Positions 53,301-64,000 of a stretch of 64,000 bases of DNA are shown here, piece by piece (position 1 is the stretch's first letter; the number at the start of each line of letters is the position of its first letter). The position numbers and the translations under genes are program-made. A model generated the notes under the pieces. The model ran no database searches. It worked only from the letters and a program-made list of their open reading frames with translations, and was not told the DNA's origin. Source of the DNA: Stylophora pistillata (Eukaryota); assembly GCF_002571385.2 (NCBI RefSeq), contig NW_019217822.1:224398-288397 (forward strand). The letters run 5' to 3'.

Positions 53301-55262
53301 CACCGACGCAGCCCCAAACAGTTTCTTTCGAAACTGTCAGCCTTTACCCACGTAACCTAGACAACCCGTTCCCCAGTTTTGACCTATTTCTTTGAAACAG
53401 TAACCAACCGTTTACATGAAACTTGGGAACTTGTCTTAGGGTGCGAGATAACTCGGCTGAAGGCCTTGTCTCACCTCGGCATGAGGAATAGCGCTGTCAC
53501 GCGGGACAAGTTTCTGTACATACTTCGGCTCGCCTTCTCGACATCCTACGACTAGACGGCTGAAATTTTTCTCGGAACCCGTGTGTTTTATGTCGGCGGA
53601 GAGACCGATGAAGAAACAGCTGTTACAACTCACAACTCCAAATAAACGCTTCATAAAGTTTTCTCAAAGGGGATTTGTCTCTAACCTGAGACCTGTTCTT
53701 TACTCAGGTATCGAAAAAATAAAATCAACTGCATTTTTGTTCTGCGAGCTTTCAGTATACAGTACTACCGACTGTACTTAATTTTCTGTCATCGTTAAAA
53801 CTAAAATTTTACAAGTTGAAATGATTTGTCTCGATGTTTTGTATCCGTCTGGATATTGTCTCGTTTTTGGCCCATGAAGATGGTGGAAGCGGTTGTGCTA
53901 TACATATAGGATTTTGCTGGAGACTTTGATTCGCTTACTTAAATAGTTCGGCCGTGGCTCTGATCCATAAGTAAAAATATCCAATAACCCCCTCTAATTG
54001 CAATGCTCTCAAAAATGGGATCATCGTAACTGTTTTTGATTTAAAGAAGGCCTAAAGATAAAATTAGTAGGGTCATTTTATTGTGCAGTGTTAGTCTTAA
54101 CTAAAAACATTGATACAAGTTTTTCAGATATGATTTGAAATTTTTCCCCAGGAAAACAAACTAAAAAGGTTAAAGATACGATCCATAAAAAAAAAAAATG
54201 TTTAAAAGTATTGAAATAGTTTTAAGCCACCTTAAAAGCGTTTCGCTGAAAGAGATATGCATGATTTTTACATTCACAATTGATTACTACTGAAACATTT
54301 GTCTCCACATCTATTAATATCTCTGACCAGTTCTAAGAACAATCGATCTTAAAGTGTCAAGCGAAACAAAGCGTTTTCCCTGAATGCGGAAAATTTGTCA
54401 GCCTCTGAGAATCCGGCTCAACAAAAACTCATTCATCCAAAAAATCCTGATAACCTGAAAGAACTTTGCATCATTAAGTACAATTAATGAGACTGCCCTG
54501 AACGCGGAAAATATGTTGGAAACCATAACCTCGTTGTTTCGCTCTAAGAAATAAGATTCTTCTTTAAGAAATAAGGACTCTTGATTTCAAATCACTTAAC
54601 TATGTTGCCAAGCAACAAAAGGAGGCTTTTCTCAGAGGCGAAAAAAATATCGGTAGATTCGGCTTGGAACTGAGCCTATTGTAAAATAGATTTCGTAGCT
54701 TGGGAAACAAAAAAGCCAGTTTCTTTTCACAGATTTCGCAAGGTAGAAGGAATTCTTTTAAATTAATGTTTTCAGTGGAACATGTGAACCGAAATGAACC
54801 ATGATTTGTTTTTCTAATTTTTCATCGCGTTGGTACATAAGGCAGATTGGGAAGTGCGCAAAGATTCTCGACATTTGTAATGAATAGGAAAAAAAGCTTT
54901 AACTTCATTCCATTTCAATATGCTCATCGATGAGAGAGGTAGAATAGGTAGGACTGATTGGGTAGCTAAAATGAAAAAAAACTGAAAACTGAAATGAGTA
55001 AATCGCTGTAAATCTCTAACTATCAAAAAATGTTTAAGCAAAAATGATACCGACTCACAGGTAAGAAAGAAATACATCTTTGGTTAACTTATGGAACGTT
55101 ACAAACCAGACAAACATGTTTAAAGTGAAATCATGAACATAAATTAAACTTACCCTTAAGTAAATGATGCAGTCTATTGGACCTCGCCACTGAAAGATCA
55201 ACCAGACTCTTAAATGCTCCCACGGTTGAAGCAAGAAGCAAGGTTGCCAAGATAAACTTCAT
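47360..55262 (-). CDS. Uncharacterised secreted protein, paralog B (11 exons, 388 aa)
   Basis: Exons: 55262-55154, 52982-52822, 52640-52580, 52107-51967, 51661-51572, 51051-50929, 50376-50257, 49823-49725, 49150-49113, 48366-48306, 47523-47360 (1167 nt, open). Signal peptide MKFILATLLLASTVGA. Confidence 0.9.
47580..47776 (-). mobile_element. piggyBac-like MITE
   Basis: Family body on the minus strand; ends ggggttaaaaggtttaa. Confidence 0.6.
50656..50845 (+). mobile_element. piggyBac-like MITE
   Basis: catattctccatactgttctctatac..gctgacaaagagaatttg..ggagaaattag..tcaaagggtcaa. Confidence 0.7.
53132..53346. mobile_element. Palindromic non-autonomous retroelement (Penelope-like) with a 13-bp TSD
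   Basis: cccacgtaaccta at 53119-53131 and 53347-53359; ~65-bp inverted arms centred near 53201. Confidence 0.8.
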
Positions 55263-56199
55263 TTTCTTCCACTGCGTGCGCGATCAGCAGACCTCATGGA
55301 AAACTGACCTACACAATCTAGGGCTTTGCTTTTGTGAGCGATTCAACCATCCATTACATTGCAAAGTGTTGCCGAGGTTTAATTTCTCCCTACCGTACCA
55401 AGTGTTGCACTCACTCAAGCAGTAAGCTGGCAATTTTTTTAAAATTCTCCCTACTTTCTTCCGTAATGGTTTACTGCGATGCGATGGGAGAGTTTACATT
55501 TTGGCCTGCGATCAAATTGTGTACTCGTTAATTACCTCATGCAATTGTTTTTTACAAGGCATTGTTTGCTTCGTGTAACTAACCCCTAAGGGATTTTAAT
55601 TTTCTTTTTAAAAAGCGGAAAAAACTTCGATTCGTCACGCTAGAGGAACGTCGATTCTGTTTATAAAAATTTTGCAGCTTTACAGAAAATAAACCGTGCC
55701 TATGTCAGTTCATTTGTTAATGGCTGATGTATATTCCAGTGCTTCTGTTATCAGGGAAGTGATTTAGGGCCGTTATCGTGGTACTCCGATACGCTGTTGT
55801 TATGCTCCCACGCAATATGATGTAATTGTTGTGTATTTTTATTGTTGTGGCGTGACAGTGTGATTTTTTAAATATGACGCTAAGTCAATTCAGCACGAGG
55901 CGCGCGAATAACTTACTTAGCGAGAGGCCTCATTTTAGTTTAGAAAATGGGTAATCTAAAATCTAATTTCTTGACGACCTTAAACCGGCTTTGGAGACAG
56001 AACTGGTTGCAGCCTCCAACCCCTTCCCTCAAAACAACTTTGTGGGGGTGGGGACAGGGAGGAGCGGAATATCGCGGAGTTCCAGAACTTAAGGATCTGA
56101 TAAATAGATGGTCTATGTGATTTCGCCAAATCTATCGCCTATCGTTAAATAATTCGAAACAAAGTTCCCGACCCAAATGGGGAAACTATGAACTTAGTT

Positions 56200-56477
56200 A
56201 AAGGCTGATAGTTTCGAAAGAAACTGTTTGGGGCTGCGTCGGTAGGAGTAACGAAATAATTTGGATATATCAACAAAGTTGAAATGGTAAATTGGCCACC
56301 GTAACGATTACAAAAGCTGACGTTTCGAGCGCTAGCCCTTCGTCAGAGCGAAATCATCGCGAAATCATCGCGAAATCATCGCTCCGACGAAGGGCTAACG
56401 TTCGAAACGTCAGCTTTTGTAATCGTTACGGTGGGCAATTTACCATTTCAACTTTGTTGATATATTCAAATTATATC
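56200..56477. mobile_element. Palindromic non-autonomous retroelement (Penelope-like) with a 9-bp TSD, opposite orientation to the 53 kb copy
   Basis: aacttagtt at 56191-56199 and 56478-56486; ~95-bp inverted arms around a (cgaaatcatcg)x3 spacer. Confidence 0.8.
56316..56349 (-). ncRNA. Putative minimal type I hammerhead ribozyme
   Basis: GCU-CUGACGA-A-GGGC-UAGC-GCUC-GAAA-CGUC-AGC: CUGANGA and GAAA core, 4-bp stem II, GUC cleavage triplet, GCU/AGC stem I, minimal stem III. Confidence 0.6.
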
Positions 56478-57630
56478 AACTTAGTTTGGCCCAATAAACG
56501 GCTGTCTCGTAATTGCGCTTATCATTTCAAAGGATACGCCGATAACAATTTTAAAACAGGAGGTTTCCTGAATGCGGAATAAATGTCCAATTCTGAGAAA
56601 ATTTAAAAACAAAAACACCTTTGGCGGCCGGCGGTGACCCTATCGACAATAGGGAGCTTAAGATACAGGCGTTTTCGGGGCGACGGCCATGTGACAACCC
56701 AGATTCACTGGGTTAGAGGTTGCCGTTTTGGCGTCATAATTGATGACGGCCAGCCTTTGCGACTTCTTCGAAGTTCGTCGAGTTTCACTTTATAAATTGA
56801 GGCTTTTTTGTCGTAGCATAGTTACGTTTGAAGAATCCCGCCACTCCTCGTCCTTTACTACGACGCTAATCTTATTGGCGATGAAGAGTTCTTGGTTTTG
56901 TATGAAATATTTCCGTCTAAAAACCCTAATTTTCCAAATGAAAATCTCGATAGATCTGAGGTGTTCGTTTTCGAGGTGCATCTACGAATTGATAAAGGGA
57001 ATGGCAGCAAGCAAAAATTCCCTTTTATGTTAAGAATTCAAGTACTGTATGCGTACGTGCCCAAAACTTACCTCGACGATTTGGACTTCATTGTGTTGCC
57101 TCGGTCATTTTAAGTTATCTCTGTTACATTAATGGAAATTTAATTTGTAACTTTAATGCTCCTCAGTATATGGGAATCAAATCGTATCAATTGTGATGTA
57201 TGTTCCAGCGGAAACGATTGAGAGTCTTTAATTTGTACGTGCTTCTTCTGTTCTTGCTACGTCATTGTTGTTGTGCTCCTCATAAGATGAAGCGGACTCA
57301 GTACGGTGAAGTTATTGTTTTAGTATCACAATACTGACCCTTCAGCAGGCTTTAATTCGCTTTTGAAAGCGGTCAGTTTTTCCCGCGCAGGCAGAAAGGA
57401 ACACGCCTGGTAAATCTAAACACTTGGAAGCATTTTGGAGTTGATAAATAACAAACACAGTTCAATGTTGCAATTGGTAAATCAGCATCTTTCGCAAATT
57501 TGATGAAATGGCGTTTAAATTTGGGATTTTCTGTAGTGATATAATTTGAAGGCTTTGCCCAAAGAAATTTAAAAGGCAAAGTACTGCTTTCAAAATCAAT
57601 CAAAGCAAGCTGCGTTGAAATATTTGACCT

Positions 57631-57703
57631 ACCTCGTTCCCAGGGTACACGGCTCTCTTCCTCTCTCGAGGGAGAAAAAGAGAGGACCCTGAGAACGAGG
57701 TTG
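57631..57703. repeat. Short palindromic repeat
   Basis: Arms acctcgttcccagggt and accctgagaacgaggt. Confidence 0.7.
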
Positions 57704-58482
57704 AGATTCGAAGAGTCCTTTGCGGTGCCATGACGTCACTTTGTGATCAGGGGTAGGAAATTATTGATGTAGTGCAAGGTTGTCGATTGAACAAATTTGG
57801 CAAAAAGATGCCGGTATCCAATGCAATGTTTCTATTTTTTGGATATTTGATTATGGATTTGATTCCAAAGTGTTAATATGAAAGGTTTAGTTTAGTCGAG
57901 TGTAAGGGGATGGCCAGTTAATTCTCATTTAGTTCGCTTGCGGGCAACACAAGTGAGAGATGATACACAACAAAACATTTGTTAAATATGAAATTTATTT
58001 GGATTTCAACCAAGTAAACATGATTTAAAGGCGAGAAGTGCGTACTAACTAAAGACTGAACTCGGCGTATCATGTTTCACGATTGTGAAATGATCGGTAA
58101 TTTATTAACCGTGTGGTACAACTTGATAGGTATACCTGAGAATTGAATAAATGAAGACAAAAACTTTTGTTAGACTAACAGAAAAGACCATAGCTAATGC
58201 ACATAAACATATACGAGTGGAAATGAGGTACAAATTTAAAACAGACCAAAGGAAATTTGAAAACAATCGAAGCTATAAATTAAAGGTGTTTTGCATTTAG
58301 GAGTTAGTTGATAACAATATTCCATACGATGCTAACGAATACTATTATTTTTTTTGTCTCTATTCTTCGTCGAAATAAGCGACTCTTTGAAAAGGAACTT
58401 TCCTATCTATTTCTTAGAATCTGGAAACAGAGCTAAACGCACATTTTAAATGAAAAGGGAAAGTTTCTTACTCACAGTATGA

Positions 58483-61400
58483 CTAATTAACGGAAGTGGT
58501 AGATTTGAGAGCATCTGATAGCTGATCCAGGTTCTCCTCAACGAGATCAGCAAGCTTTTTAAACCTGTCATCTGTTGGCTTTTCGTCTCTCTTTTCCTCG
58601 CCTTTTTCCTCTTCCTTCTCTTCACTTTTCTCCTCCCACTTCTCTTCACCCTTCTCCTCGGCTGAAAGTAATGATTCCATTTTTTTATGCACAGCGAGAC
58701 CAACCAGAAGCGCTCTTCTCATGCTGTCCACAACATAGTCGCCAGCGAGTAAGAAAGCTTTCTCTACCTTGTGACTCGCCATAAGAGTTGTTACGGCCTT
58801 GATCATTCCTGGAGAAGGAAATGGTCTTCTTATCTGACACTTTCTTTCAAAAAAGTCTAAGGCGTTAGGTAAGTGGAGAGCTACGAGACACAAAATTACG
58901 CCTTTATAGACAGAACTTGTACCAGGGGGTGGCAAATTTTTTACAAGTGTGTCGCACATGTTAGAAATGTCACACTAAATGTTCACAAAACTTTTCTGGT
59001 GTTTGAACGAATTAGTTGTCAGAGGAACTTTTTTTCTGCATCCCTTGCTCTCTCGAGTGTGTTCTTTGCCCAAATAGAGTAATAAGTTGTTGCGTTAATA
59101 GTAAGCTTTTCCACAATTTTTTTGGGGTATACTGATCCACAAATTACTTTGTTTGATTATTAGCGACCAAGGCTCTTAAACTTCTAACTGTTTTTTCGGA
59201 GGGGGGTGTAGATTGGGATAATGACATACCTTGAAGACGTTTTCCCTCCACCTTATGCAAAATTACCAATTTTTTGTAGAGCTTGATTTTCTGTAATTGT
59301 TTACGAAAGAGGTAAAACTATTCATTTATTTATTTTCATAATCGAGTTATGATATAAAAGAGGTTAGTCGTATCACTGATCGTCATTAACACCATATATG
59401 GAGAAATGCATCGATGAAACATTACTTACATCCAACACCGTGCTGACTGCAAATCTAGCAAATCTCACTAAAAAGGTAATGAAATAGAAATGAGCAGTTA
59501 AGGAAAATTTTTTTTCCTTTTCACTTGGTTCAGCTAATTTACAGCTTGTGCTGACATGGTATAATATTTTAGTTTTCCTTTGTTTTATGAAAAAAAAATG
59601 GCTCCACTTTTCTGTTTGTCTGTAACGTTTACAGATCATGGTAAGCGTTGTGACGCGGGAAGTTGGAGCGCTGTTCTTTTGTTCCCAGGATCTTTGTACC
59701 AATTCTCCTCACTGTCTCCCATACAAATCCAATGACGTTTGTTTAGAGAAATTGGTATTGGGTGAATCATAAGAATCAAGGGCAACAAGGAAAGAGCGGG
59801 TAAATAAAAAGAACATACCTTCCTTGCAATATGAAAAAACGAGCCTGAGGAATCTGGCCTTCATGCTTTTTTCTGGTTTCAAGGACTGGATAAAATCTAG
59901 GATACAAGGTTTGATTATGACTAAGACGACTTTGAATAATGCGGAGCCCTCCATAAGTACACTGCTAGCCCTTGGGCTCAGTCTCTTTTGAAGAAACGTT
60001 AATGCTTTGTAGTTAGCGGAGTGCATAAAATCCAATGAAAGATGGTTTGGACAAATTGTTCACTGAGATATACAAGTTCATATTTTGAGATTAGACAAAA
60101 GGATTAATCTTTTGATGATATTATGAAAGGGAAGTCGAGAGCACTAAAAGGAAGTAAAAATTGAGAAATGTAAACAATTTTCAAGTGAAGACAACTGGTT
60201 GGTTGGATAAAAAGAAAGGATAAGATTGTGGAAGCTACTGGAAAACTGCACTTGAGATTATAGTGGTGGCTGACTTTAAACGAAATATAGAGAATGTAAA
60301 AAATGAAGAGGGGGAAAGTTCAGGGAATGTAGGATCTCTGACTCACTTCCTCTGCAAAACTTGCTCCGTGGGTTGTACAAGAATGGGATAAACTTGTCCG
60401 AGATATCATAGTCACTTTCTTTGTCTTCCTTCTCCACAATTTCCCCAATTATTTTTACCAGACCTAAGAAATCGTATAGAAAAGACGCTTTATATTGTTA
60501 AACAGGCTGTAATGACGTTGAAAAAAACACTAAAGGAAACATTTCCGTTATTACAATTTTCTTCACACTTGTGCCGCTGCTAAAAAAGTTGTTATCAAGG
60601 TTCTAAATGAAGTGTTACGTCACTATCAACTCATGTAAGTATCTTTTTTAATCTCTTGTCTACAAGCATCTTCTTAACATTTGCACCCTGATCTATTTTC
60701 TTCTTATAATAATCCTCATCTAATCTTAAGCACACAGGCTGTCACAAAGGTACTTTTCCGACTGATACGAGAAATATTAGTCATAAATGAATACGAATTC
60801 ATATTATAATAAACTCTGGTAGAATTGAAGACCGTGACGAAAATTTTGATCGCCCGCCGTAAAAGCCATTAGTCCATAGACACCCTCAAATAGATACAAC
60901 GAAATTTATGCTTACCATCTAATTTGGTATCACATGCGGCATCAGCCACTAAACCTCCAACTGCCATGATAGCTTTTGCTCCAGGATAGTTGTTAAGTCC
61001 ATTCATGAATGCAATGTGCGTAAATGCTTCGAAAACATCTTAACAAAGAAAAAAAAATGAGCCATAGGTCCTGATAAGTTTGTTTAGGCAAATTTCTGTA
61101 ATTCTGAGTGTGTGACGAGAATTTTTTTATCTCTTTAATATTTACGAGTTGAAGAGCATGAGCTGTGCGAGGATAGTATTTTTAAAGTTGTGAGTTAATG
61201 TACAGTGTAATATAATTCTTCTGAGAAGGTAACTTTGCTTTGCAGGTTTTTTCTGGTTTGTAGCACAACTTATAAACCAGCTCATATGATTATGCAAATG
61301 TTTATTACCTTTACCAACTGAAGCATAAGTACCTTTTCAGTATAGTTATTTCCTACTTAGGTGGCCGAACACAGTTTTTGATACCGGTGTTTCTTTCACC

Positions 61401-63755
61401 ATTTTGTCTCTCGGTCGCCAAAACTGGCAGAAAGCAAGTTAACAACACAAACTTTGTATTTCGGATAGTTAAGCTGACGTATGTGCCGTTGCCAAGGTGA
61501 CATGAATAAATATAAACAGACCTTTAAAATCGGTTTTGTTCCTTTTTAGAAAATCTAGTCATTAGTTTTTCTTTATAATTTGCATGCAACGAGCTTGTAA
61601 CGATACTCACAAGTTAGGACCATTTTGCTAACAATCTAACAGAGAGATCTCTAATTATCCCCTGATGAAGGTTGACTCAATTATCTAGAATTTCTTTTAT
61701 TAAAAATCAATTTTTTTTCCATACTCCAGTTACTTATTTCCTAAAGTATTTTCGTGCTAAATTTCGTGAAATTCTAATGAGTGGTTCTCAAGAAATAGGC
61801 ATATTTCCAATAAAGCAATTTTCCATTCAAACGCAATTTTTTTACTTACTACGCACGCGCTGCATTTAACTGGGCTCTCTCGGTAACAACGAAAAAGCTG
61901 AGAATTGCAGGGTTCTTTGCACCGTTAACTTTTCTAACATATCTGTAATAAAAGATTAAAGCCCTCAATACACTGCGCCAACTATAGAGAAAAATAGTAC
62001 AGAGTGCGGATACATGTTTAATAAATAAAATTACCGCTCTATTGACGGCGTGTTTGTTTTTTTGCAATCCTTGTGCCCGCGCTGAATTGCGTCAGGAAAA
62101 ACGCGTACGAAAATTGTGTTCAGCCACCTTAACCCTTTGAATACGAAAACGACCATGCTTTTTTCAGTTCTAATTTGGCGATACAAACTTAACCTCACTT
62201 TGTTGGTCCTTATATGGATCATGCGTTACAGTATTTGCAGTTTTGAGACACCATGGCCTCAGACCTTGAGTTCACATGACCTAGATCAACAGTTCGTGTT
62301 TGGATGCGTTCAAATCGATTCGGTTTCTCGATTTTCTGGCCGTTTATAAGTGTTTTTCGAGCCATTTTCCCTCTACAGAAGCCCTCCCGACGGCATCATT
62401 AAGCTGGAATGTGGGCAGAGGCAAGCCTCTGAAGGAAAACAGAGTTGAGAGATGGTTTCTTGTAGACTGGACCGCCAACGATGCTTTACTGCCAGCTTGG
62501 CGAGTTCACAAGTGAAGTTGCCTCTTGAGCCCCTCTGTGGATGGCTTCCAGGACCTACCAACGGCTATGTGGCCAAGTTTTGACCGGTAAAAATTTTAAT
62601 CGATGCGATACTTTGCTGGTAGGACTGGATGGCCCGACACGATGCTAAAAATTCTTTGAAATGGAAATGACAGGAGTTGCGTTTTCGAGTTATGGTCGAA
62701 TTACCCAGAATTCTTTTCGGGCATGAACAAGGTAACGGTTGTGTTCGCGACACTAGCTTTCATAAAATAAAAAAACAAGGGCTGGCAGATAAAGTGAGAA
62801 GGAATTTTCTGGCCAGACTCCAAGATCTGGCCCTGAGGTGTGATTTGAACGCAAACTTTTGTTTTTTTTTTAGCAAGTTTTTATCTTAAAAGATCGACAT
62901 GTTTTTGGTGTTTCTCTTCGAGCAAAATGCTGCACTTTGGGATTTGTTTCCATACGAACGGTTCACTGCAATGAATATCAGGAATCATTGTGGGCGTTTT
63001 AGGTTGCAATAGGTGTTACATCAACTAGCCGGCACAATTTACACACTTACATAATGTTGTGTCTTAAGTTCAACAAGAAACAAGTATCAAAAGTGGTAAA
63101 GGTATTATCTGGAAACATGTGTTCACTTAGTATGCAAAGGGTTAATCAGACTTGAACATGATTTACATTTGTGCGAGACATTTAAAGTATGCTTGTACTC
63201 TACATCAACAACAAAGAAAATGATTTTCACTTGAGCAGTTTACTTAAAAGTGTACTTCAAAAATGGTCCTGCAGTTTTAGCTAAAGTGCGCGCGGTACTA
63301 TTTAAGTACGATCGCAGTACAACTATTATTGATGCAGTATACTTGTAGTATACTTCAAGGTTATCCTTTTTTGTAAGGGCTAGCTTAAGTGTTAAAAAAT
63401 ATTATTAACGCTTTCTTGTTAGACTGACACAGAGCATATTTCTGTTACCTAAGAATGTTCGGACATTCACCAAAAAAAAAAATCCAGGTTGAAAACCAAT
63501 TGGAGAGAGTTTTTAGCTTAAACTTGCATTATATATTCATGAAGATTGAGTTTCTCAATTTTTTATCCAGCTTCCAGGTATTTTTTTTTTTAAGTAAATA
63601 GTGGAAAGGAAATCAATGCTTTTCATCCTATTTTCAGATATATAAACAAACCTGTATGAATTTCTTACCAAAGGCTTGTTGTTCTGCTTCTTCAATGACC
63701 TGCCCCATTACTTTGGTGAAATCCAAGTCATCCGAACCTAGCTGGTCCAGTAAAC
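58483..63755 (-). CDS. Uncharacterised protein, paralog C of the secreted family (exons 5-11; 5' end beyond the window)
   Basis: Exons: 63755-63669, 61038-60916, 60463-60347, 59896-59819, 59467-59430, 59290-59230, 58808-58483. Same phases and same 38- and 61-nt exons as A and B; DVFEAF..CDTKLD and GMIKAVTTLM..GDYVVD. Confidence 0.88.
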
Positions 63756-64000
63756 CTGCAAAAAAAAAAAGTTACAGACGTTGAAACTGTCATCTGGTGT
63801 AAATACAAAAACATACACGATTAAAGTTCAAGGTTGTATTAATTGAGGGCCTAACGGACTTATAACTAACCGATAATAATTACTCTGTACTAAATTTTTG
63901 AAATAATTTACGGTTTTGTCCATTAATTCTTGAATAAAAATAACAACAAAAAATAAAGTAGAACAAAATCTAAGACCAAGACGTTAAGATTCTCAACAGA

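Noticed and set aside
56349-56381. Short direct repeats as a possible CRISPR-like array
   Set aside because: Eukaryotic context; 11-bp tandem units without spacers.

Overview
AT-rich, intron-rich animal genomic DNA. The repeat families and gene structures suggest a cnidarian, probably a scleractinian coral (inference). Exons were assembled by hand from splice sites and reading-frame phase. The window holds: (1) the 5' half of IBTK on the minus strand (ankyrin + RCC1), with an in-frame SH3 cassette exon absent from human IBTK, an ATF4-like pair of upstream ORFs and an apparently identical internal duplication; (2) head-to-head with it, a 15-exon, ~540 aa uncharacterised gene; (3) a complete 26-exon PDE10A with one GC-AG intron and one acceptor reading CG instead of AG; (4) a tandem array of three divergent paralogs of an unrecognised secreted protein family (11 exons, ~390-400 aa in the two complete copies, conserved exon phases and cysteines, hypervariable C-tails); (5) many non-autonomous elements, including tRNA-SINEs with swapped tails, piggyBac-type and other MITEs, a LINE 3' end, and TSD-flanked palindromic elements carrying a minimal hammerhead-ribozyme motif. 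There is one N gap at 40245-40848. The best candidates for something new are the secreted family, the SH3-bearing IBTK and the hammerhead hairpin element.
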